A DNA stretch of 64,000 bases, taken from positions 27,838,001 to 27,902,000 of the forward strand of contig OZ024760.1 of NCBI GenBank assembly GCA_964016885.1, written 5' to 3'. The stretch is from Eledone cirrhosa (Eukaryota). Both the position numbers and the translations under genes were made by a program. The notes below the pieces were generated by a model that was not told the origin of the DNA, made no database searches, and saw only the letters and a list, made by a program, of their open reading frames with translations. This document shows, in pieces, positions 1 to 11,371 of this stretch; the stretch's first letter is position 1; each line of letters starts with the position of its first letter.

Positions 1-1279
1 AATAAACGTAATCAATAAACATAATGAATAAACGTAATGAATAAACGTAATGAATAAACGTAATGAATAAACGTAATGAATAAACATAATGAATAAACGT
101 AATGAATAAACGTAATCAATAAACGTAATGAATAAACGTAATGAATAAACGTAATCAATAAACATAATGAATAAACGTAATGAATAAACGTAATGAATAA
201 ACGTAATGAATAAACGTAATGAATAAACGTAATGAATAAACGTAATGAATAAACGTAATGAATAAACGTAATGAATAAACGTAATCAATAAATGTAATGA
301 ATAAACGTAATCAATAAACGTAATCAATAAACGTAATCAATAAACATAATCAATAAACGTAATGAATAAACGTAATGAATAAACGTAATGAATAAACGTA
401 ATGAATAAACGTAATGAATAAACGTAATGAATAAACGTAATGAATAAACGTAATCAATAAACGTAATCAATAAACGTATTCAATAAACGTAATGAATAAA
501 CGTAATGAATAAACGTAATGAATAAACGTAATGAATAAACGTAATGAATAAACGTAATCAATAAATGTAATGAATAAACGTAATCAATAAACGTAATCAA
601 TAAACATAATCAATAAACGTAATGAATAAACGTAATGAATAAACGTAATGAATAAACGTAATGAATAAACGTAATGAATAAACGTAATGAATAAACGTAA
701 TGAATAAACGTAATGAATAAACGTAATCAATAAACGTAATCAATAAACGTAATCAATAAACGTAATGAATAAACGTAATGAATAAACGTAATGAATAAAC
801 GTAATGAATAAACGTAATGAATAAACGTAATGAATAAACGTAATGAATAAACGTAATGAATAAACGTAATCAATAAACGTAATCAATAAACGTATTCAAT
901 AAACGTAATGAATAAACGTAATGAATAAACGTAATGAATAAACGTAATGAATAAACGTAATGAATAAACGTAATGAATAAACGTAATCAATAAATGTAAT
1001 GAATAAACGTAATCAATAAACGTAATCAATAAACGTAATCAATAAACATAATCAATAAACGTAATGAATAAACGTAATGAATAAACGTAATGAATAAACG
1101 TAATGAATAAACGTAATCAATAAACGTAATCAATAAACGTATTCAATAAACGTAATGAATAAACGTAATGAATAAACGTAATCAATAAACGTATTCAATA
1201 AACGTAATGAATAAACGTAATGAATAAAAGTAATGAATAAACGTAATGAATAAACGTAATCAATAAACGTAATGAATAC
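1..1279. repeat. 13-bp minisatellite (AATAAACGTAATG/C)n, ~98 copies, runs off the window start
   Basis: Directly visible tandem unit with G/C and CG/CA variants. Confidence 0.98.
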
Positions 1280-1299
1280 ATAACAAATTATCCTTATCA

Positions 1300-1503
1300 T
1301 GGTGGATTGGCAGTATCATTAGAGAGTCGGACGCCATACTTTGCAGCATAGTTACGGCCCTTTCCATTCTGAGTTCAAATCCCGCCGAGGTTAACTTTGC
1401 CTTTCATCTTTATAGGATCGATAAAATAAAGTACCAGTAATGTACTGGGATATTTGCTGGCCTTGTGCCAAAAGTAGAAACAATTATTATTATTATTATT
1501 ATT
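1300..1503 (+). mobile_element. tRNA-derived SINE with a Nin/Deu-like central domain. Other copies at ~4030-4185, 20150-20310, 21460-21652, 24345-24505(-), 25608-25778, 30578-31165 (three in tandem), 46790-47012, 47472-47668
   Basis: B-box-like GAGTTCAAATCC, then GCCTTTCATC..GGTCGATAAAATAAAGTACCAG and an (ATT)n tail; repeated more than 10 times in the window. Domain name is from memory. Confidence 0.85.
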
Positions 1504-1534
1504 ACACTCTGCTTAGTACTACACCTCTTTACAG

Positions 1535-1576
1535 ACTGGAAACTACGTGTTGAGTGCTGACCCTGGTGAACCTACA
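1535..1576 (+). CDS. Candidate upstream micro-exon (TGNYVLSADPGEPT) of the PAN-domain membrane protein gene
   Basis: ctctttacag acceptor and ACA|gtaact donor; phase 0 end joins in frame to the exon at 3373. An in-frame alternative acceptor exists at 1517. The donor is weak. Confidence 0.4.
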
Positions 1577-1973
1577 GTAACTGGACGTTGCAATCCCCCC
1601 CCCTCTCTCTCTCTATTAGCTCACATGATCAAAAGGTCAGCATCAGCATCACTGTTTAACATCTGTGTGATGTGTCAGGCTCTGAAAACATGGTTCCGTT
1701 GTGAGAGGGGTTCGGCGCGACGAACTGGCCTGTCCCTCATAACGGAGCCATCCAGTTCCACACTGTAAACGTGGTTGGTGTTTAGGAAGGGCATCCAGCT
1801 GTAAAATACCCACCCAAATTTACAGTCCTCACCAGAGCAAGGTGCGACACATGGCCAACCTTGGCCAGAGTTGCCTCCAGGCGTGGGCGACCAGTCAAAC
1901 CCATGCAAACGTGGAAAAATAGATGTTAAACGGAAATGATGATAGTGGTGATGATGATGGTGATGATGATACA

Positions 1974-2275
1974 TCTATGTATATAAAACTGAGGATGTCT
2001 GTCTGTGTGTGTGTGAGTTTGAATCCCTAAAACTCGAGAAACACCCAACCGACTCTTTTCAAACTTTACACATGTAATACTTATGTTTCAGGGAGTGTTC
2101 TGAGCAAAAATAATTTCAAATTTTCAATGCCCTAGGGACCGCATTAGGCGATTTAGCGATCTCTCTCTATAATTCTTAGTCTTTCTCTTTTTAGATAGAT
2201 ACATACATAAAACGTCGCACCCTTATAATATCTGTCTGTATGTCTGGCTGTCTGCATTACGTCACTTCCCTGAGG

Positions 2276-2316
<41 letters not shown>

Positions 2317-2862
2317 TGTGAGTTTGAATCCCTAAAACTCTAGAAGTACCCAACCGATTTTTTTCAAACTTTACATGTGTATTACTTATGTTTCAGGGAG
2401 TGTTTTGCACAACTTTTTGATCTCGCATTAGGTGAAAAACTACGTTTTTTAAGCTTTTTAGACCGATTTCCTTCAAATTGTAACTATGTATTAGTCAGTC
2501 TCTTCTTCATACCGTGAGCAAAGAAAATCCAACTTTTTTTTATGGCCTAGGGCCCGCATTAGGTGACAAACTTAATTTTTTCAGCTTGTTAGGGCTTTTT
2601 GGAGGCATTACGTCTAGCCAATTTTCCCAAAATTTCAAGGCATATTATGCACATAAAAAAAATTCATTTTCTTGATCCCCTAGGGCCCGCATGAGGTGAA
2701 AACCTGCATTTTTCCTGCTTCATCGAGGAAAATCTTAAAGATTATCCAGCCATCAGAGTATTTGGTTTATTTTCTTTACATGCAGTTTTTCCACGATTAG
2801 GTCTGCTGGCGGCCCGCGTTCCAAAATACCTTATCCCGTGCAACGCCGGGTACCACTGCTAG
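1974..2862 (+). mobile_element. Non-autonomous Helitron
   Basis: 5' TC after A; 3' hairpin CCCGTGCAACGCCGGG followed by CTAG then T (A|T insertion, no TSD); internal subrepeats (gggcccgcattaggtga). Confidence 0.75.
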
Positions 2863-3372
2863 TATATAATAATAATAATGAGTATAACCGAAGTTGCAGC
2901 TGCGAGTAGCAGGTTTGGAAGCTGCCACAAAGCACTCAATGAGACAAAATCAATAAATTAATGGTCAGAGTAATAACTTAAGTTAGGTAATGTGACACAA
3001 TGGAAAATGCGACAAGAGGCGTGCTGCCACCTTAATACTACAACAACGAAAATACAAACAGGTTAAAGACGACCCTTGACCTGATCGATAGTTATTAGAT
3101 AAATATCTTCGATGGGTTTCTGGGAATCTGTAAGCTGCATTCTGAGCTGCAAAGAGGTTCCGGAGATTACGAGCGCACTTGAATGAAGGGAGGGGTGGGA
3201 ATGAAAAAAAGGTGGGTGAGATGGTGAGATCTGACGGTAGGTGGCACAAAAGATAAAGGATCGTATTCTGGAGTGGTAAGGTAAAAGGGTGGTGGGTGAG
3301 ATGGAATGGCAGTTGTTTGGTGTGTGTAATAAATGTTTAACTCACTATTTAATTTTCTTGTCTGTCCACCAG

Positions 3373-3496
3373 GTCCGTTATTATGCAGTCCATAGCTTCT
3401 TTGACTTTAACCAGGCACCAATATCTACAGATGTCTTTGATATAAAGGATTGTTATGAAAAGAACAATGATTACATGTTCCAGATAAAGTTTCAAG
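3373..3496 (+). CDS. Exon A of the PAN/apple-domain single-pass membrane protein (VRYYAVHSFFDF...VFDIKDCY...FQIKFQ)
   Basis: ccaccag acceptor, G|gtaaac donor, 124 nt, phase 0-1; the only non-repeat protein-like segment locally. Confidence 0.85.
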
Positions 3497-3561
3497 GTAA
3501 ACCAACACCATACAACTCAGATAACTGGTTACTACTACTTAATAGGGGATGATGTATATAT

Positions 3562-3935
3562 CATCATCATCATCATCATCATCATCACCGTTTTATGTCC
3601 GTTCTTCCACGCTAGCATGGGTTAGACGGGTTGTCCCGTTGTGGGCAGTGTTCGGTCGGCTGACCTTGTCTTGTTCATACGGGAACTGATTTGGGCTTGA
3701 TTTCTACAGCTGGATGCCCTTCCTAACACCAACCTCAGTTACAGTGAGTGCTGGGTGCTTTCTTTCCGTGGCGCCTACACGTCCACTTTACAGTGTGGGC
3801 TGGGTGCTTTTTTGCCGTGGCACCTCCATGACCACTTTACAGTGGGAGGGTGTGGGGGCATATTGTCTATATGCTTCAGCTGTGGCTTGTACTCGGGGGG
3901 GGGGGGGAGGTCGGGTCTTCTGTATTACTGCATGA
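3562..3935 (-). mobile_element. SINE or 3'-UTR fragment sharing the tail of the RTE at 33385-36820, with a (GAT)n tail. Related copies at ~1640-1970(+), 16715-17490(+), 24775-25040, 26135-26640, 37530-37830, 41440-41790
   Basis: Shared CTGGATGCCCTTCCTAACACCAACC block and (CAT)n run in all copies; at 37530 and 41440 it is contiguous with RTE ORF 3' ends. Confidence 0.8.
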
Positions 3936-4444
3936 AAAACAGGAAAAGAATGACTTCACTTGTAGTGTTAAACATTTTTTTGATTTAATGTTATAATATA
4001 ATATTATTATAATATTATAATATTAATGCTTTGACGCATTGAGTTACGGCCCTTGCCATTCTGAGTTCAAATCCCGCCGAGGTTAACTTTGCCTTTCAAC
4101 CTTACGGGGTCGATAAAATAAAGTACCAGTAATGCACTGGGATAATTGCTGGCCTTATGCCAAAAGTAGAAACAATTATTATAATATTATAACATTAAAT
4201 CAAAAACATTTTTTAACACAAGTGAAGTCATTCTTTTCCATTTTTTCAAATATACCTAACTCTACCAAGGATCTCACACATTTTCCAATATATATATATA
4301 TATATATATCCAGAAATAGCCGTCGAAATGGCTTGAGCTCTGCCGTCGGGGTCATACTTTTTCCTATTACCAACTCTACTATCCTAAGTATTGAGTACTC
4401 TGGTGCATTATGGTCCATCTGGTTCCTTACCACAACTCCTTCGT

Positions 4445-4515
<71 letters not shown>

Positions 4516-4842
4516 TATATCATCATCATTTCATTTTACGTCCACTTTTTCCCTGCTTGCAAGGGTGGGACGGGAACTGATTATGGCTTGATTTCTATAG
4601 CTGGATGCCCTTCCTAACACCAACCCCATTTACAGTGAGTACTGGGTGCTTTTATGCCGTGGCACCTCCACGACCACTTTGCAGTGGAATGATAGGGACC
4701 GCAGTCTCTATCATCTCATTTCTACAGCTGAGTAAACTGGAGCAATGTGAAATAAAGTGACTTGCTCAAGGAAACAACACATATATCTATATATATATAT
4801 ATATATATTTAAAAGAATAGAGGTGTAACACACAAGTTATTA

Positions 4843-6272
4843 TATATTGGTAAACGGAATAGAAAATGCTGACAAATTGTTCACAGTGAAAAATAGTTTA
4901 ATTAGGAATAAGTGAGAATTAGTAATAGTATTGGTTAGTATTCAGTTTTGGTTTTAAGTTTTACCGGTTGCGCATTTCTAATGCTTTTCAAAAATAATTT
5001 TGAGATAGAGCGTCCGTGATGTTTGCGCTGATCTGATTAGTTTTGGGAATTCTACCTGTTTTTATTTTAAAAAAGTGGCTCCAGCGGTATTAAAATAAGT
5101 TTTGCGCCAATTCGTGTTGCAAAAATTCTTGTGGTCAAAACAATTTTGATTGGTCGGTAGAGGTCATGTGAATATAAAAAATTGATTTTGCGGACACACT
5201 CCAGATACATATTTGTACACAGGTATACAATTTCTGAACACACTCCAGATACATGTGTACAATTTGTGCACAAGTATACAATTTGTGCACAGGTATACAA
5301 TTTCTGGACACACTCCAGATACATATTTGTGCACAGGTATTCCAATACGGCAAGGCCTAATGGATCCCCCTTGCAGTACGTACAATCTGGACATACACAC
5401 ACACTCACACACACCTTGGTATTATGCCAATACTATATATCATTTCACACCTTTTATTATTAAGGTTTTTGATGTTCTATTGAGAGAATCGATTTTACTG
5501 AAAATATTGAATATTGTACACCATTTTACCAGAAAAAAATACTGGTCCACCCACACACACACACATTCTCACACACACACACATACACACGCGTACATTA
5601 ACATACAAAGAGACATATACACACACACACACACACACACTTCTCCGTATAAGACAAGAGCTGAAAAATTTCTTTTAACATGTTAAAATATACCCCACAC
5701 ACTTACAGACACATTCCTACTGACCATCCCTCTACCACGAATTACTCTGCTACACACACACACACACTTGTCTTAATAGGCATTTGAACTGTCAACAGGC
5801 TGCGGTTCACACACACATCCCTGCTGACCATTCTCACAACAACAAACCTCTTTACTACTACTACACACACACACACACACACACACATATTTGTTGTGAA
5901 AGACTTATTTCTCAGTCAGCCGACACAAACCTACATTTGGCGCAAAATCAATTTTTTACATTCACATGATCTCTACCGACCAATCAAAATTGTTTTGACC
6001 ACAAGAATTTTTGCAACATGAATTGGCACAAAACTTATTTTAATACTGCTGGAGCCACTTTTTTAACATAAAAACAGGTAGAATTCCCAAAATTAATCAG
6101 ATCAGAGCAAACATCACGGACGCTCTATCTCAAAATTATTTTTGAAAAGCATTAGAAATGCGCAACCGGTAAAACTTAAAACCAATACTATTACTAATTC
6201 TCACTTATTCCTAATTAAACTATTTTTCACTGTGAACAATTTGTCAGCATTTTCTATTCCGTTTACCAATAT
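4843..6272. repeat. Inverted repeat, arms ~4843-5191 and ~5941-6272, spacer with minisatellite and (CA)n
   Basis: tatattggtaaacggaatagaaaatgctgac is mirrored by gtcagcattttctattccgtttaccaatata; relic hammerhead-like TTGAAAA..GAAATGCGCA at ~6142-6163. Confidence 0.9.
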
Positions 6273-6304
6273 ATATATATATATATATATACATTTGATT
6301 AAAA

Positions 6305-6650
6305 TTGAGGCACATGGCTTAGTGGTTAGAGCCTTGCAATCGAAAGGTTGTGAGTTCAATTCTCAGACCGGGTGATGTGTTGTTTCCTTGAGCAAGACAC
6401 TTTATTTCACATTGCTCCAGTTTACTCAGCTGTAGAAATGATAGGAATGCAGTGGAATGATAGGGACCCCAGTCCCTATCATTCCACTGCAAAGTGGTCA
6501 TGGAGGTGCCACGGCAAAAAAGCACCCAGCACTCACTGTAAATGAGGTTGGTGTTAGGAAGGGAATCCAGCAGTAGAGATCAAGCCAAAATCAGTTCCCT
6601 TGCAAGCAGGGAAAAGCGGACGTTAAATGATGATGATGATGATGATGATG
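6305..6650 (+). mobile_element. Second tRNA-derived SINE family. Other copies at ~9375-9575 plus 10010-10245, 16445-16570, 21650-21955(-), 4520-4780(-)
   Basis: A box TGGCTTAGTGG, B box GAGTTCAATTC, then TCCTTGAGCAAGACACTTTATTTCAC and a (GAT)n tail. Confidence 0.8.
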
Positions 6651-7697
6651 ATATACATCATCCTTATTTTTCCTTGCTTGTAACTTTTTTTGCCTGTACT
6701 TTTTGCTTATACCTCTTACACTTTCAACCAGTGCTCCTTGTAATTGTGTTCTCTCAAGCATAACATCTTTTTAACTTCTGATTCTCTACTTGATGTCTAT
6801 GACACTAACAACAATTATGCATCTACCTAGATGTTCTGAATGACTAAGATTTTAATCAACTGTTTGACATTCCCTATGCTCCGATAATTCCAGACTTCCC
6901 TCTGGAAGAAACAATTGTCAGCAAATAAATGTATTAAACTAAGATTTGCTTAAACTTTAATCTGTTATTTTAGTATGCAAAAATATCTGTACACAAATAT
7001 ATAATTATATATATATATATATTAAAATAACAGATTAAAGTTTAAGTAAAGAATCGCTGCTTTCACCCTTAACGGGATCTTCTGAAACTAAAAAAAATCA
7101 ATCTGTGAACGCAGAAGTAAATATTTCGAAAAACGTTGCAACCGAAAGTAAACAGGAAGATGATACTTTGGTTCGTGAAGACGTTAGGAATGTCATATAA
7201 CAGGAAGTGTTGACATTTGAAAATTTTAAAGAAGTGAATATTTAAATAATGTCTTTAATCTTTTAACAAAATTCAGTAAACAAATAATACCCTCACTTTG
7301 TTGGAAAAAGTTACATCTATGGTGCAAATTTGGTGCCATTTGTTCCAGCCGCTTGGCGGAAAGTTTGTTACTTACATACGGCCGTCACCTTTATAGTATA
7401 GATATATATACAGCATATATATATATATATATATACACGGGATAACAGGTTATCATTATAGGTAGTCCACTTAGATGTATTGGAGATCGATTGATGCAAC
7501 ACTAAGCGAGTAGCGAACGCTAGACCTACCAGATCAAAGAAATAATTGTCAGTAATGTGAATAAAGCCCTTATTGTATAGCCAACCATGTCACTCTTCTT
7601 TCTTGAATTATTATATATATATATATATATATATATGTATTTCGTTTCTGAATTTGTTTAGCAAGATTCTTTATCTGAAAACGTGTGTTGAAACCGA

Positions 7698-8188
7698 TAT
7701 TGTTATACTTTGGGAGGGTTATGTTACCAATAAGAAACACACGCACCAGTTGCTTTCACTCCAATTTATTATAAATTAAATTTATAAATTTAAGAATTTA
7801 TAAATTTCCGGTTGGTTGGTTGGTTCCATAACCGGACGGTTGTTCATATATTGTCAAAGTTCTTTCGTCACACATTCTGTGACCTCTTCAGTGACTGGGG
7901 ATTCTTTTCTCTGTTTTGTGCCTCTCCAATAAGATGGCGTAGGACAGAACAAAGGAGAGGCACAAAACAAAGAAAAGAATCCCCAGTCACTGAAGAGGTC
8001 ACAGAATGTGTGACGAAAGAACTTTGACAATATATTAACAACCGTCCGGTTGTGGAACCAACCAACCAACCAACCGGAAATTTATAAATTCTTAAATTTA
8101 TAAATTTAATTTATAATAAATTGGAGTGAAAGCAACTGGTGCGTGTGTTTCTTATTGGCAACATGACCCTCCCAAAGTATAACAATAT
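7698..8188. mobile_element. Palindromic PLE-tail element, arms 7698-7926 and ~7953-8188
   Basis: Near-perfect inverted repeat between (TA)n runs; tail sequence shared with 24560-24730, 41010-41118, 53590-53680, 59740-60100. Confidence 0.85.
7986..8028 (+). ncRNA. Type I hammerhead ribozyme motif (mirror copy 7853-7895 on -)
   Basis: gtca-CTGAAGA-g[gtcaca gaatg tgtgac]-GAAA-gaac-TT-tgac: 4-bp stem I, 6-bp stem II, intact core. Confidence 0.7.
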
Positions 8189-8246
8189 ATATATGTATAT
8201 ATATATATATAGTATGTTTTATGATATACGTATTGTTGTGTTTTAG

Positions 8247-8420
8247 GAAATCCTCCAGACGCAGCCAAAGATAACCCACATGAGTTCATTCAACTGGCAC
8301 AGATAAACATTGCCAAAGTAATGACTGTAGAACTGCTTCGAATCCAGGAACCAGTGATTGAATATGATGACAAGTATACCTACTTGACAGCAAAATTGAT
8401 TTCACTGCCACCAGTTAAGG
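8247..8420 (+). CDS. Exon B (G-NPPDAAKDNPHEFIQLAQINIAKVMTVELLRIQ...LISLPPVK)
   Basis: gtgttttag acceptor, G|gtaaga donor, 174 nt, phase 1-1, open in the frame required by exon A. Confidence 0.88.
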
Positions 8421-8467
8421 GTAAGAATAATAATTTCTACTAGCTGGACCCATGAAAAAATTCACGG

Positions 8468-9110
8468 ATAACCCCCTTTCTCTATATTATAACACCCTCT
8501 CTCTATATTATAACCCCCTCTCTCTATATATATTAAAACCGCCCTCTCTCTCTATATATATATTTAACCCCCTCTCTCTATATTATAACCCCCTATCTCT
8601 ATATATAAACCCATCCCTTTCTCTATATATTAAAACCACCCTCTCTCTATATTATAATCCCCCTCTCTCTATATATATTAAAACCACCCTCTCTCTAAAT
8701 ATATTATAACCCCCTCTCTCTAAATATATTATAACCCCCTATCTCTATATATAAACTCATCCCTTTCTCTCTATATTAAAACCACCCTCTCTCTATATAT
8801 ATATTTAACCCCCTCTCTCTATATATATTTTAACCCTCCTTTCTCTATATTATAACCCCCTCTCTCTATATTATAATCCCCCTCTCTCTATATTATAATA
8901 CCCCCTCTCTATATATTATAACCCATCCCTTTCTCTATATTATAACCCCTCTCTCTATATTATAACCCCCTCTCTCTATATATATTATAACCCATCCCTT
9001 TCTCTATATATATTATAACCCATCCCTTTCTCTATATTATAACCCCCCTCTCTATATATATTATACCCCCCCCTCCTCTATATATATATTATAACCCCCT
9101 CCTCTCTCTC
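8468..9110. repeat. Degenerate ~21-25-bp minisatellite (TATTATAACCCCCTCTCTCTA)n
   Basis: Visible tandem units. Confidence 0.9.
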
Positions 9111-9680
9111 CTTTCCAAATGTTGCAACACTCTTTGATTTTCTTTCACCGTAGATTGTCGTAGATTGTTTACCACCCCCTTCCATTGTTTTACTGAAAGT
9201 GTGACACACGGTTGAGCGTACGGTACGTAGGTATTAGCGTATTAATTTATAGACTATAGGCACAAGGCCAGCAATTTGGGAAAGGGAGAGGAAAGTTGAT
9301 TAAATCAACCCCAGTGCATTACTGGTACTTCTATTATTGCTCTAGTAGTAGTAATTGTAGTAGTAGCAGTAGTGAAGGTGCGTGGCTTAGTGGTTAGAGC
9401 ATTGGGCTTGCAATTGAAAGGTTGTGAGTTACATTCTTGGACCGGGTGATGTGATGTGTCTTTGAACAAGACACTTTATTTCACATTGCTCCAGTTTACT
9501 CAGCTGTAGAAATGAGTTGTGACGTCACTGGTGCCAAGCTGTATCGGCCATTGCCATTCTCTTGGACAACATCATATATAGTGTATATATGGTGTATATA
9601 TAGTGTGTATATAGAACATATAGTGTATATATAGTGTGTATATAGAACATATAGTGTATATATAGAGAGTATATAGTGTA

Positions 9681-9995
9681 TATCGCTGCCATGTCCTGCG
9701 TCTCCAACAGCCCAGTGTCTGTCCTTAGGGCATCAACATACGTTAACCTTGGTCTTCCTCTTCTAGTGTGTCCATGTAGGGGCTCCCAAAGGAGCACTGA
9801 GTGCAATGTCAACTCTGGATGTCGGTGAGCATGTCCAGCTAACCTCAGTTTCCTCTGTGTCACTTTTGAGCTGACTTTTGGGATGCTCCCATACAGCTCT
9901 GAGGACATGGCAGCGATAATGAGGGACAGAGACCGCTGGAGAGAACTCGTCCATGGATCTCGGGAATTTTACCAGCCTTAGAATAGAATAGAATA
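9681..9995. mobile_element. 5'-truncated copy of the RTE LINE with a 5' inversion
   Basis: 9681-9903 matches ~11436-11657 (minus sense); 9903-9980 is the element's 3' end on + followed by an (AGAAT)n tail. Confidence 0.85.
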
Positions 9996-10268
9996 GTGTA
10001 TATATAGTGTGTTGTGATATCACTGGTACCAAGCTGTATCGGCCATAGCCTTTTCCTTGGACATCATCAGTGGCGTGGAGGGGGGAGACTGGTATGCATG
10101 GGCGACTGCTGGTCTTCCACAAAACAGACCTTGCCCAGGCTTGTGTCTTGGAGGGAGACTTTCTATGTGCAAAACTATGGTCATTTGGGACCGTGTGGGG
10201 CCTTCTTATATATATGTGTATGCATGCCTGTGTGTGAGAGCATGTAAAAAAAAAATATATATATAAAT

Positions 10269-10846
10269 AAGCAGGGAAAAGTGGACATAAAAGGATGATG
10301 ATGATATATATATATAAGAGAGTGTTGAAGTTTGTTTGAAGCATTGTGAAATAATAAAATTAGTCGTTTTGGAAGCCTCAACAATGCAGATGGGTAAAAC
10401 TCCGGGTAACAGAACCAGGTGGTGGAGAGAGAGATGTAAGAGGAAATGTAGAAGGAGACGTAGAGAGTGTAAAAGAAGGTAGGAAAAGTGTAAAAAAATA
10501 ATAACATGAGATAGAGTTACCTTGGAAGGGATTTAATAGTCCCTATATTTCGGATTTCACATCCATCAAAAAGGTTGTGTCGGAGAGGGACAACACATGG
10601 CCTCTGCTGTTTTTTCCTACATTCTTCTATGCTCTCTACATTTCTTTCTACATTTCCTCTTACATCTCTCTCTCTCCACCACCTGATTCTGTTACCCGGA
10701 GTTTTACCCATCTGCATTGTTGAGGCTTCCAAAACGACCAATTTTATTATTTCACAATGCTTCAAACAAACTTCAACACTCTCTTATATATATATATATA
10801 TATATATATATCATCATCATCCTTTTATGTCCACTTTTCCCTGCTT
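10269..10846. repeat. Inverted repeat, arms ~10269-10497 and ~10611-10846
   Basis: gcagggaaaagtggacataaaaggatgatg...agagagtgttgaagtttg is mirrored at 10765-10846. Confidence 0.9.
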
Positions 10847-11122
10847 GCAAGGAGGGGGGGGGAGCTATTCAGTACAGCATCTCTCCACTTGTCATGGTCC
10901 TTTGACATCTCCATGAGCTTCAGCAATCTGAGGTCTGCTCTCATGTTTTTTGAGGTCTTCCTCGTTCTACTGGGCTTTCTTGGCACTTCTTTACCCAGCG
11001 GTCATCCTCCATGCGCATCACATGTCCAGACCATCACAGTCTTCTCTCCCGCACACTACAACTTATCCCTCTTAAACACAGTTGTTCTCTCAACACATCC
11101 ATGTATATATATATATATATAT

Positions 11123-11322
11123 AGGAACAAGTAGGAACCCGACGGCTGAGCTCAAGCCGTTTCGACAGCTAATTCTGGACGGCTAGTCCAGAATTAGCCG
11201 TCGAAATGGCTTGAGCTCAGCCGTCGGGGTCCTACGTGTTCCTATTACCCACTCTACTACCCTCAGTATTGAGTACTTTGGTGCATTATGGTCCATCTGG
11301 TTCCTTACCACATTTCCTTGGT

Positions 11323-11325
<3 letters not shown>
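11123..11325 (+). mobile_element. Short fold-back element, family D. Copies at ~4310-4445, 21335-21420, 27448-27668(-), 53228-53452, 60220-60398, 63515-63700
   Basis: Shared ...ccagaattagccgtcGAAAyggcTTgagctcagccgtcggggtc...ggttccttaccac..ccttcgtta tail; always in (TA)n; most copies palindromic at the 5' end. Confidence 0.85.
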
Positions 11326-11363
<38 letters not shown>

Positions 11364-11371
11364 CTATCTAT

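Noticed and set aside
1-1279. Telomeric repeat or polyadenylation-signal array
   Set aside because: The unit is not TTAGGG-like; AATAAA recurs only as part of an intronic 13-bp satellite, with no evidence of function.
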